DNA of 38,900 nucleotides from a virus. Its lineage: Duplodnaviria; Caudoviricetes. Under the pieces are notes generated by a model. It did not search any database. It saw only the letters and a list, made by a program, of their open reading frames with translations, and had not been told where the DNA came from. A program made the position numbers and the translations under genes. Positions 6,378 through 14,795 of this stretch are shown in pieces (position 1 is the stretch's first letter; every line of letters starts with the position of its first letter). The stretch is from the IMG/VR virus record IMGVR_UViG_3300006879_001214, positions 1 to 38,900 of that record; one strand, written 5' to 3'.

Positions 6378-9002
6378 ATGGCTAACAATATCAATCAAAA
6401 CGTATATATTCAATCAATCGAGGCAGCTTCAATCTATACTCATACCACACGATCAACTAAAATTGATCCATCATACGTGGGTATGATTCCATATAGCTTA
6501 GAATTAATTAAATTACATAAAGTAGGATTAACTACAAGCAGCACAAAGACTAATTCTAAGATACTCAGCGATGACATAATCAACGTTAAATTTAATCAAA
6601 AAGTAAAGTCGGGCACTGAGATAATCAATATCTATGAAAATAAAATAGATGAGTTAACCGTACATAGCGAACTAACCGATCAAGAAGAAGCTTATCAGAT
6701 ATACTTAGAGGACAGCATGCAAGCGATTAGACAAGAGTTACATGAAGACAAATGGAATCAACTTAGCAATGATGAATTAAGGCAGGAAATGTATCTAAAT
6801 GGCTTTATGTTGGATGGTGTACAATATGTTGTGTACAAACGGTCATCATCTAAAAGTAGAACAGGCCAGTGTTTATTTATCCGCAAAGAGCTACACGATG
6901 AGATGATTGATTGGAGCAGAATGTATTTGCCATTCGCAGAAGATCAGGAGGTTGATTTGGCTAGTCTGTTAGCTTATGAGTCATTAGTAGGTAGTAGCAT
7001 TGAGGGCACGGTTAAAATCAATCCTAAGCATATTTTGTTGGTTGATGATGTGGACAGCAAATTTACTCAAAAGGCAAATGTAGTTAAAGCTGGAAGCAAT
7101 GGATATTTAGATAGTGTGACTGACGATAATGCAGAGATGAGTAATAGTTTATTTGATGGAGAATCATTGTTGGAATCTGAGTATTTTCCAGAAGGTAAAA
7201 GTATGATATTGCTTAGAAATCATATGATGAAGTCAGCAGCATTTAACACTAATATTCAACAGTTTCTTAAAGATAATTGTCCAGAAGGGATCAACTTTGA
7301 TGAGTGGGAAATAGAAGATATGTACGGGGATACTATATTGGCATCATCTATCCATATGATAACAACTCCTTCTTCCATTAAAGCATTAAAATTTGCTGAT
7401 GTGATTGGCTCTGAGCAGGACATGTGGAATTACTGGAAGGAATTAGTTGAGTTTGAAGGAAGCATATTTGGAGTCTGTAAAACTGAATCAGAAAGCACTA
7501 GAGGCTATGATGCGGAAGGTAATGTGTTACAGCAGACTAGCTACCAAATGCTTAACAGTATGCCCCTGAGCAAGGATGATGTTGCTAATTTGAGTCAGTT
7601 TGAAAAGGACTACATAGATGGATTAAAGAATGATGATGATAAATTTATTGAGCATATTAGCAAAGGGATAAATGAAGTTAATAGCAATAAGATGTTTGTG
7701 GATCTGGTTGCTGTCAATAAGAAGATCGTTAATACTAAGGTGTTTAGAGACTTCAGGAAAGCTGAGATTAACAGGCATGTTACTCATGTAAAGAAAGGTA
7801 AGTTAAGGCTGAATGGAGACTACTGTGTGATGTTGGGCAATCCAATGGAGATGTTGAAGCATAGTATTAAGAAGTTTGATGTAAACAGCTCAGGGTTAGC
7901 TCTAAATGACAATCAGATACATACTAAACTATTCGATTATGATAAAGAAATAGTTGGCTTCAGGAATCCTCATACTAGCCCATCAAACGTGCTAGTAGCT
8001 GAGAATGTGGCTAATGAAGATATAGACAAATATTTCAACTTAAGCAAGAATATTGTTGTGGTCAATGCTGTTAGATTCGCTATACAAGACACGCTAAGCG
8101 GTGCGGACTATGATAGTGATACGGTTATGTTAGTTGATGATAAAAGGTTACTCAGTGTGGCTAAGAGTTGCCTACAGTACCCAGTATGTATAAATGAGGT
8201 AGACAGTGAGAAAAAGACTTATACATTGAGCAAGGTTGATATGGTTGTTATCGATAACCAACTTTCATTAAGCCAAAAATACATAGGCCGAGTGGTCAAC
8301 TTAGGGCAAGAATTGATGTCATTATACTGGGATGGATTAGCAAATGGGAGTAGTAAAGATGACGTGGTTGATTTAATGGGCAAGGTTGATGTTATGACGG
8401 TGTTAAGTGGAATCGCTATTGACTTGGCTAAGAAAATGTACAACTTGGATATTGGAAAAGAGATTGCGTATGTGGAAAAGGTTGCAGATATGAGGAAGAA
8501 TAAGCCTGCATTCTTTAAGTTTATCAGTCAAAGTAAGACGATCAATAGTCGAGTTGAATTGTATGATTGTCCAATGGATTATTTGGGTGAGATGATGACT
8601 GGCTTACCCGATGCTAAGCGTAGAGAAAATATTAATCTGATTGATCTGTTGGTTAAAAAGAATGCTCAAAAGGGTAACAGGACTCAGCAGAAAAACATTA
8701 TAGATTATGTGGAAAAGATGAACAAGAAAATTAGTGAGATCCATTTATCTGAAGAGGATAAAGAAGAAAGGTTTGAGGCATTAGACGACACTGTTAAGTA
8801 TTATGAGTATTTTATTGAGAAAATGAAAGTCAATGAGAATACAATGTTCTCGGTATTGAGTAGTATGATTAAAAAGAATAGGTCAAATGTAACTGTAAGA
8901 CTCATGAATGTACTGTTTGTGACACAGAAAGAAACATTCTTGAAAGCATTCAAAGATGATGGGAAAGAAAACATTAACTTAATATTTTCTGAGATTGCAT
9001 GA
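6378..9002 (+). CDS. YonO-like single-subunit (double-psi beta-barrel) RNA polymerase
   Basis: 874 aa; YKRSSSKSRTGQCLFI, FDGESLL, LRNHMMKSAAF, FRNPH and metal-binding LSGADYDSD (DxDxD, nt 8106-8120). Confidence 0.88.
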   Translation: MANNINQNVYIQSIEAASIYTHTTRSTKIDPSYVGMIPYSLELIKLHKVGLTTSSTKTNSKILSDDIINVKFNQKVKSGTEIINIYENKIDELTVHSELTDQEEAYQIYLEDSMQAIRQELHEDKWNQLSNDELRQEMYLNGFMLDGVQYVVYKRSSSKSRTGQCLFIRKELHDEMIDWSRMYLPFAEDQEVDLASLLAYESLVGSSIEGTVKINPKHILLVDDVDSKFTQKANVVKAGSNGYLDSVTDDNAEMSNSLFDGESLLESEYFPEGKSMILLRNHMMKSAAFNTNIQQFLKDNCPEGINFDEWEIEDMYGDTILASSIHMITTPSSIKALKFADVIGSEQDMWNYWKELVEFEGSIFGVCKTESESTRGYDAEGNVLQQTSYQMLNSMPLSKDDVANLSQFEKDYIDGLKNDDDKFIEHISKGINEVNSNKMFVDLVAVNKKIVNTKVFRDFRKAEINRHVTHVKKGKLRLNGDYCVMLGNPMEMLKHSIKKFDVNSSGLALNDNQIHTKLFDYDKEIVGFRNPHTSPSNVLVAENVANEDIDKYFNLSKNIVVVNAVRFAIQDTLSGADYDSDTVMLVDDKRLLSVAKSCLQYPVCINEVDSEKKTYTLSKVDMVVIDNQLSLSQKYIGRVVNLGQELMSLYWDGLANGSSKDDVVDLMGKVDVMTVLSGIAIDLAKKMYNLDIGKEIAYVEKVADMRKNKPAFFKFISQSKTINSRVELYDCPMDYLGEMMTGLPDAKRRENINLIDLLVKKNAQKGNRTQQKNIIDYVEKMNKKISEIHLSEEDKEERFEALDDTVKYYEYFIEKMKVNENTMFSVLSSMIKKNRSNVTVRLMNVLFVTQKETFLKAFKDDGKENINLIFSEIA

Positions 9003-9133
9003 TTTGATAGTATTTATGGGCAAAAAGTAGGATTGTTGAAAGTTTCCATATGATAGGGAACTGGAATGCAAGTGTATACCAATTTGTTGCAGCATTGAAT
9101 GCCAAAGAGCAAAGTAGATGACTTTTCCTTATG

Positions 9134-9180
9134 AAAGGAGTGGGTGATTAATTCATCTGCTCCTTTATTTTATTATTTCT
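9134..9180 (+). terminator. Intrinsic terminator downstream of RNA polymerase
   Basis: AAAGGAGTGGGTGA-TTAAT-TCATCTGCTCCTTT followed by T-rich tract. Confidence 0.65.
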
Positions 9181-9269
9181 TTTTAAAATTACATAATAAT
9201 ATCCATTTTTATCATAACATAATGTATATACAATAGTCAAGGGTAAACTGTAATATACATTTAACATAG

Positions 9270-9487
9270 TTTATAAAAGGATCGGCGAACGCTGACATTG
9301 ATGAGCATTGTTGCCAGCCGATTCCTTTAAATATATTTTTTCTTTATTGATTTTATATATATTCCTCCATGAATATTTAAATCAATATTTCCCCGTAACA
9401 CACTACGCAAGATTTCCCCAAATTTAATAGTCAATAAATTGGCAACTAACATTATCCCCTTTTGTTGGTTGCTTTTTTGTTGACTAA
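9270..9487 (+). ncRNA. Candidate sRNA with exposed C-rich motifs
   Basis: Hairpins 9276-9328, 9345-9387, 9394-9407, 9428-9486; CUCC/UCCCC motifs in loops and linkers; U-run at 9473-9478. Confidence 0.45.
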
Positions 9488-9509
9488 AAAAATTTAAGGA
9501 GATAAGAAA

Positions 9510-10088
9510 ATGAACGAGAAAACAGCAGAAGTAGAAAAATTTAGAGATGATTTAATCACAGTAGATGGAGCGGAACTATATCCAGTGCCGGGACACAGTA
9601 ATTATTATGTAGACTTGGAGGCAGGCAGAATATGGAATAATAAGAAGGAGTTTTGGTTGAGAGCTAATCCGAATAGTCTGGGATATTGTTATGCTACCAT
9701 TTCCAGTGATTTTGGTGAATCTGTAAGGATCAGCGTACACAACATTATAATGATGGCTTACATGGGCTGTGACAAGTCGGCTTGGAGAGCTAAGGGATTA
9801 GAAGTGCATCATATAGACAATGTAACATCAAACAACTCAGTATTAAATTTGGCTCTAGTGACTAGGGCTCAGCAATATCAGTGTCCGAAAACTAAGCAGA
9901 CATTGGCTAACAGAAGCACTAAGCGATTGACTAAAGATGATGTGATTGCTATTAAGACTGATTTTGCAGATTGGGAAGGTACAAAAGGTGCTTTTTACAA
10001 CAAGTGGGCAAGTGAGCTGGGTATGCATTCGAGAGCTATTCAGGATGTTGTATTGGGAAATTCACATAAGGATGTTGAAGTCTGCTAG
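9510..10088 (+). CDS. HNH endonuclease-domain protein (NUMOD4-like N-term, HNH_3, C-term HTH)
   Basis: VPGHSNYYV...GRIW; VHNII; EVHHIDNVTSNNSVLNL; distal N/H position looks degenerate (RAQQY). Confidence 0.8.
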   Translation: MNEKTAEVEKFRDDLITVDGAELYPVPGHSNYYVDLEAGRIWNNKKEFWLRANPNSLGYCYATISSDFGESVRISVHNIIMMAYMGCDKSAWRAKGLEVHHIDNVTSNNSVLNLALVTRAQQYQCPKTKQTLANRSTKRLTKDDVIAIKTDFADWEGTKGAFYNKWASELGMHSRAIQDVVLGNSHKDVEVC

Positions 10089-10227
10089 TTAATTGATACA
10101 TACATAAAAGGGATTGGGGAAAAGCGATCTCCTTGGTAGTAGAGTTTATTACTGTTTTTAGTATTTTGTAGTATAATGAAAATAAATGGTTAAACTTTAC
10201 TACACATTATCAGGGGGATTAGTGTTA

Positions 10228-11016
10228 ATGCATTCGTTTTTCGGGTTTATTAAGAAGTATTGGAGTGTTGGTTGGAAAGCGCTTAGGGAGTGGAGAAAAA
10301 CCTGGGGAAGTATTATAAGTCTACTTATCCCTGTCGTCATTACATTTCCTAGTATAAATGAGTATTTAGATGGAAGCGGTTATCTTATTGCTCTTGTTAT
10401 TCTTTTGGTATTAATTGGATGGTTACAATCCAATAAGAATATCTTGGGACACTCTGAACTTGAAAGTCAATTGGATCGAATTGAAAATCAACGGGATACT
10501 CTTGAAGCGAATCTACAGTCTGTCCCGACCCGGATTGTAAAGCACATGTTTCAAGATATTGGTCTTAATTCTAAAGATAGGATTACCATTTATAGATATC
10601 ATGATGACCAGTTTATAAATATTGGCAGACACTCAGATAATGTTGAATTTGCAAAAAAGGGTAGGTCAGCATATCCTAAAGATGAAGGGTTTATTGGTCA
10701 ATGTTGGCGGGAAGATTATGTGTATGTTGAAAGGCTTCCTATCTATGACAAAAAACCAGAAAGATACATTACTCAAGTGTCTAAAAAGGCTGATATTAAA
10801 AAAGGTGTATTGAGAGAAATGCCTATGAAAAGTAGATGCTATTATTGTAAAAAAATTTTTGATACAAAAGGTATCGCATTTGCGGTGATTGTCGTTGAAA
10901 CCACGAAATATTCACTTGGTGATAAAAAAGACAAAGTGGATCAAATTTTAAATGATCAGTTTGGAAAGCTTCTAATTGAATCAATTGAAATCAATCTACC
11001 TCTAGGGAAAGGGTGA
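10228..11016 (+). CDS. Two-TM, coiled-coil, GAF-like protein; putative toxin/effector of Panacea module
   Basis: Two hydrophobic segments, heptad region, RITIYR...EGFIGQCW...AVIVVE; start moved to ATG after AGGGGG (track 10186); overlaps next gene. Confidence 0.6.
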   Translation: MHSFFGFIKKYWSVGWKALREWRKTWGSIISLLIPVVITFPSINEYLDGSGYLIALVILLVLIGWLQSNKNILGHSELESQLDRIENQRDTLEANLQSVPTRIVKHMFQDIGLNSKDRITIYRYHDDQFINIGRHSDNVEFAKKGRSAYPKDEGFIGQCWREDYVYVERLPIYDKKPERYITQVSKKADIKKGVLREMPMKSRCYYCKKIFDTKGIAFAVIVVETTKYSLGDKKDKVDQILNDQFGKLLIESIEINLPLGKG

Positions 11017-11492
11017 TGAAAATGGCAAAGATTAAAGAAGTTATTTATTATTTCTTAATAAACTATCCTTATAAAGATGAATTATCTAAAACAAGACTTA
11101 CAAAAATGATTTATTTGGCTGACTGGGAAAGTGCTAAGAGGTGCGGAAAACAGATAACTAAAATTAATTGGTATTTTGACCATTACGGCCCTTATGTCCC
11201 AGATGTTTATCAAGTTGCTTTAAAGGATAAAAAAATAAATATAAAGAAAGGATTTTCAGCGTTTGGGAGTCCTAAAGAAACGATTGAGTTTGATAAGGGG
11301 TATGCTGATTACTCAGTCGATAACGTGAGATTGAATATAGAACAAGTAGAAATTTTAGATAAGGTTATTGAAGACACCAAGTATCTAAATTGGAATGATT
11401 TCATTAGTTATGTTTATTCCACAGAGCCAATTGAATCACAAGAAAAATACAAAAAACTGGATTTAGTTAAACTTGCTGAAGAACCGATGTAA
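11013..11492 (+). CDS. Panacea/SocA (DUF4065) antitoxin-family protein
   Basis: KTRLTKMIYLADW...GKQIT...W-x-x-x-HYGPY signature. Confidence 0.85.
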   Translation: MMKMAKIKEVIYYFLINYPYKDELSKTRLTKMIYLADWESAKRCGKQITKINWYFDHYGPYVPDVYQVALKDKKINIKKGFSAFGSPKETIEFDKGYADYSVDNVRLNIEQVEILDKVIEDTKYLNWNDFISYVYSTEPIESQEKYKKLDLVKLAEEPM

Positions 11493-11521
11493 AGTAAAAC
11501 CAAATAGGAAATAGTTATTTT

Positions 11522-11550
11522 GACACTTACTTAATTGTGAGTGTCTTTTT
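11522..11550 (+). terminator. Intrinsic terminator
   Basis: GACACTTAC-TTAATT-GTGAGTGTC-TTTTT. Confidence 0.8.
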
Positions 11551-11579
11551 ATTATGCACAGAATGAGGCGAGGTAACAA

Positions 11580-11681
11580 ATGGCGAAGCAAACAGGTAAT
11601 GGTGAGGAAGTCATGTGGAATGGTGAAGAGGTTAGTACATTTTGGTTAGTACATTTGATTTTGAGTGGCAGGATAGGATAG
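11580..11681 (+). CDS. Possible 33-aa peptide
   Basis: RBS GAGGCGAGGT; MAKQTGNGEEVMWNGEEVSTFWLVHLILSGRIG. Confidence 0.3.
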   Translation: MAKQTGNGEEVMWNGEEVSTFWLVHLILSGRIG

Positions 11682-11794
11682 TTGAGGAGTACATTAAATA
11701 GTTACATAGTATTACATAGAAAAAGCAGGAGTATAGTCATGCCTTGTCGAATATTGAAAGTGTGAGTAAATATTTAATGAAGGGTGTTAGACTT

Positions 11795-12301
11795 ATGGAA
11801 ATTAAAAGCATAAAGTTTGGAGATTTTGACATTAAACCGTATAATGCTTTTAAAGAAGATGATGCCTTATTATACATCTTTAATTATAAAGCTTCTCATG
11901 GAGAATTTGAAAAATTCAAGGAATACGTCTTAGAAAATGATTCAAGATCTGAGAAATATTTTCAAGTGCGCATAAATAATGATGATTTTACAATGAGGTT
12001 TGGAATCATCGGATATTCAGAGCATGAAGAGTATTATAAAATCCATGTTGCTTTAGTAGATCAAAGAGTAGATGAGGAGGAAAAACCAGCATTATATCTG
12101 CATAAAGAAGTGCAACCTAACTTGATAAAAGATTATGTAAAACAGAAGATAGTAATAGGAAAATTAATTGATACATTAAAGGAAAACAAAATTCTTACTG
12201 ATGAGCAGGTTGATGAAATATTCAATGTTCCTACAAAGGAAATTCGGAGTAATCATTTAGACTTATATAAAGTGGATGATGTTGATGATTATGAAATGTA
12301 A
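11795..12301 (+). CDS. Hypothetical protein (moron-like)
   Basis: ATG after AAGGGTG (track start 11744); flanked by near-identical terminators. Confidence 0.7.
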   Translation: MEIKSIKFGDFDIKPYNAFKEDDALLYIFNYKASHGEFEKFKEYVLENDSRSEKYFQVRINNDDFTMRFGIIGYSEHEEYYKIHVALVDQRVDEEEKPALYLHKEVQPNLIKDYVKQKIVIGKLIDTLKENKILTDEQVDEIFNVPTKEIRSNHLDLYKVDDVDDYEM

Positions 12302-12333
12302 TCAGTAAAGGCGAAAAAGGGATATATCAATGG

Positions 12334-12366
12334 AAAGACACTTACATAATTTGTGGGTGTCTTTTT
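12334..12366 (+). terminator. Intrinsic terminator
   Basis: AAAGACACTTAC-ATAATTT-GTGGGTGTCTTTTT. Confidence 0.8.
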
Positions 12367-12463
12367 ATATTATATTTTGTTTTATATAACGAACGAAAAT
12401 GACGATTGCTCACACGGTGAATAAACTTTATAACGAACAAATTTAATTGAAGGGGAATGAATA

Positions 12464-12580
12464 ATGAAATCATTTATTAATTTTATGATCAATACATTTA
12501 GTAACAAAAAGTATCAAGCAGACAAGAAAATGATCCGGGAGAATATAGAGGAGCTGGAAGAAATGAAGGTGAAGCAATGA
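12464..12580 (+). CDS. 38-aa hypothetical protein (not in ORF track)
   Basis: RBS AAGGGG; ATGA overlap with next gene. Confidence 0.55.
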   Translation: MKSFINFMINTFSNKKYQADKKMIRENIEELEEMKVKQ

Positions 12581-12834
12581 TATTACTTTTAATCGCAGGA
12601 TTTATACATTGGATAATACGATTAGCAGTAGCAGAAGGAATAGCGTTAGGCATAGTGTTTTTGATTAATGTGCTATTTGGAATAAGTATAAGCTATGTGA
12701 TTGCAGCGAGTGTTGTAGGAGCGTTGATGATACTGGGATTGGTTTATCCTACTCTTGTCGTTATTGGCAGCTGGCAGACGCTAAAGAAGACAGTGGACAA
12801 GTTTGATGCGAATGCTTGGGATGATTTGCTGTGA
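12577..12834 (+). CDS. Small membrane protein
   Basis: Hydrophobic segments over most of 85 aa; coupled overlaps both sides. Confidence 0.7.
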   Translation: MILLLIAGFIHWIIRLAVAEGIALGIVFLINVLFGISISYVIAASVVGALMILGLVYPTLVVIGSWQTLKKTVDKFDANAWDDLL

Positions 12835-13157
12835 AAGATAATGTGACGGTATGTGATGTGTGTGAGAATGAGTTTGTTATTGAGCTACATGTTAAAGAAT
12901 ATGCAGAGGGCGTAGAGGAAACTTATTTCAGATGTACACATTGCGGTGAGAAATATACAGGTGTTGTAACTGATCCAGAGATCAGGAAGCAGCAGAGAGT
13001 GATTAAGAAGATGTTGGATAAAGTTGCCAAGGCAAGGAGTACAGCTGAGAGTAAGAAACAGTTTGCTCAAATTAAATTGGCAAAGAGAAGTTTGAATAAG
13101 AAGATGAAGAAGCTAAGGAAGCGATTTGAGAAGTCGAAACATTTGCATAATGATTGA
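12831..13157 (+). CDS. Zinc-ribbon protein with basic coiled coil
   Basis: CDVC and CTHC pairs, K/R-rich C-terminus. Confidence 0.75.
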   Translation: MKDNVTVCDVCENEFVIELHVKEYAEGVEETYFRCTHCGEKYTGVVTDPEIRKQQRVIKKMLDKVAKARSTAESKKQFAQIKLAKRSLNKKMKKLRKRFEKSKHLHND

Positions 13158-13171
13158 GAGGAGATGGGAAG

Positions 13172-13315
13172 ATGAGTAAGGAAGTAACAATGGAACAGAT
13201 GATGGATAAGCTGAATGAGATTAGTGAGAAGGTTGATGTGTTGATTGAGGAGTATGATCATCTCAATCGTGAGATATATGGAACAGATGATATTGAGTAC
13301 AGGGTGTTGAGATAG
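13172..13315 (+). CDS. 47-aa hypothetical protein (not in ORF track)
   Basis: RBS GAGGAG; MSKEVTMEQMMDKLNEISEKVDVLIEEY... Confidence 0.55.
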   Translation: MSKEVTMEQMMDKLNEISEKVDVLIEEYDHLNREIYGTDDIEYRVLR

Positions 13316-13423
13316 ATGGCTGAGGTAATGGTTGCAATAGGTTGGGTACTAATTATGTATGTTACTGTGCCTATCCTTATTGTTGCTGTGATCATATGGT
13401 TAGTAATGAGAAGGTATAGATGA
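13316..13423 (+). CDS. 35-aa single-TM protein (not in ORF track)
   Basis: MAEVMVAIGWVLIMYVTVPILIVAVIIWLVMRRYR; abuts previous stop, ATGA overlap with HNH. Confidence 0.55.
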   Translation: MAEVMVAIGWVLIMYVTVPILIVAVIIWLVMRRYR

Positions 13424-13785
13424 GACCACAGAAGAGATGTGCCAAGGCTGGGTGTCGTACACTGATTGACTATGATAAGAGATACTGCGATGAGCATAGG
13501 AATGATAATCATAAGCAATACAATAAGCATAGGAGACAGTATGACAGGGAGTATGTGAGCTTCTATTCTTCGTCTGACTGGAGAAAAACTAGGTATCAAG
13601 CAATGCTTAAGACAGGCTTCCAGTGTGTTAGATGTGATGATGATAGCATAGTTACTACAGCTGTTATGGTTCACCACATTCAGACAGTGAAGGATAGACC
13701 AGACTTGAAGTTGGATATGGATAACCTAATGCCGTTGTGTAATGAATGTCATAACAAGATACATAGTGAGATGGATAGAGAATAG
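13420..13785 (+). CDS. Terminase-associated HNH endonuclease (HK97 gp74-like)
   Basis: CAKAGC, FYSSSDW, CVRC, VHHI, NLMPLCNECHNKIH; upstream of terminase. Confidence 0.9.
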   Translation: MRPQKRCAKAGCRTLIDYDKRYCDEHRNDNHKQYNKHRRQYDREYVSFYSSSDWRKTRYQAMLKTGFQCVRCDDDSIVTTAVMVHHIQTVKDRPDLKLDMDNLMPLCNECHNKIHSEMDRE

Positions 13786-14019
13786 TAAGTACAGTTAGAA
13801 CATAGATGAAAAACGGATCACACAGATAGACGTGGTAAGGTTAAAGAGTAGTAGATTGTATGTGAATGTAGGTAAACATCTGTGTGAGTCTGTAAATGAA
13901 TTTGGTGACGTTTGGGTGATTATAGACAAGGTGATACAGGAAAAATCTGTTGTAATATATAATGATACAGATGGGTGAAAATAGTGAAACAGTAAAAATG
14001 AAAATTGTATTATGTAGTA

Positions 14020-14120
14020 TCTATGGGAAAATAAGTCCCTCCATCTGTTTCAACCCGACCGATTTAAAATTAAAATTATACGATGCGAAGTTTTCTTTTC
14101 ATTTTCCTCGGAAAAATAAG
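14020..14120. other. Probable cos packaging site region
   Basis: Position between HNH and terS; purine-rich to pyrimidine-rich switch around AAGTCCCTCCATC; exact cohesive end not determinable. Confidence 0.35.
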
Positions 14121-14279
14121 TGTTTCACGGTCTACAAAGCCTGCCATATCAACCTTCTAAAAATTACATGTTAATTTGTCCCTAAAAGTATCTATTCTCA
14201 TAGCATTATCAATTAAAATTTAATTGTTATTTTCTGTACATAATCAAACAAACAAAATGTAAAAAAAGTAGGTGAAATT

Positions 14280-14777
14280 ATGGGAAGGGGTAGACCAAGA
14301 AAATTAACCACAGATGAAACTATAGAATCGAGTCATCTGACTAAAGCTGAAATCGCTCAACGAAAAGCTGAAGAAGCCAGACTAGACGACTTTGATAAAA
14401 TACAGACTAATCCTCCACACTATCTTCCATACATGGCTAAGATTGAATGGAAACGTGTTATTCCACTGATTCAAGAATTACCAATTGCTGATTTAGATTT
14501 AACCTTAGTTGCTTCTTATTGTCAGTTATATTGTCACTGGAGACAACTCAACAATGATCTAAATAAAAATGGTCAGGTTATCGTTTACAAGGATAAAGAC
14601 GGAATTGAAACCAGTAGAAAACTTAATCCATCATGGAACGCAATGTTAGGTGTACAAAAGGAGCTCAGAGCGTTGTGTGGACAGTTAGGTATGACTGTTA
14701 ACTCACGCTTACAAATGGTCGTGCCGGAATCAGGGGAAGAAGAGGATGAGTTCATGAAGGTTTTAAAAGGAGGATAA
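14280..14777 (+). CDS. terS: Terminase small subunit (P27 family)
   Basis: GRGRPRK, PPHYL...AKIEWKRV, NPSW, QLGMTVNSR. Confidence 0.92.
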   Translation: MGRGRPRKLTTDETIESSHLTKAEIAQRKAEEARLDDFDKIQTNPPHYLPYMAKIEWKRVIPLIQELPIADLDLTLVASYCQLYCHWRQLNNDLNKNGQVIVYKDKDGIETSRKLNPSWNAMLGVQKELRALCGQLGMTVNSRLQMVVPESGEEEDEFMKVLKGG

Positions 14778-14795
14778 AAGAATCGGGTGAATTAA

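Noticed and set aside
6378-9002. RNA-dependent RNA polymerase or reverse transcriptase call
   Set aside because: No YxDD/GDD palm motifs; DxDxD barrel motif and context fit YonO, which is DNA-dependent
9327-9452. 41-aa minus-strand ORF MLVANLLT...
   Set aside because: SD only 3 nt from ATG and no upstream promoter seen; not fully excluded
13962-14174. 70-aa ORF upstream of terS
   Set aside because: Spans probable cos region; unconvincing composition
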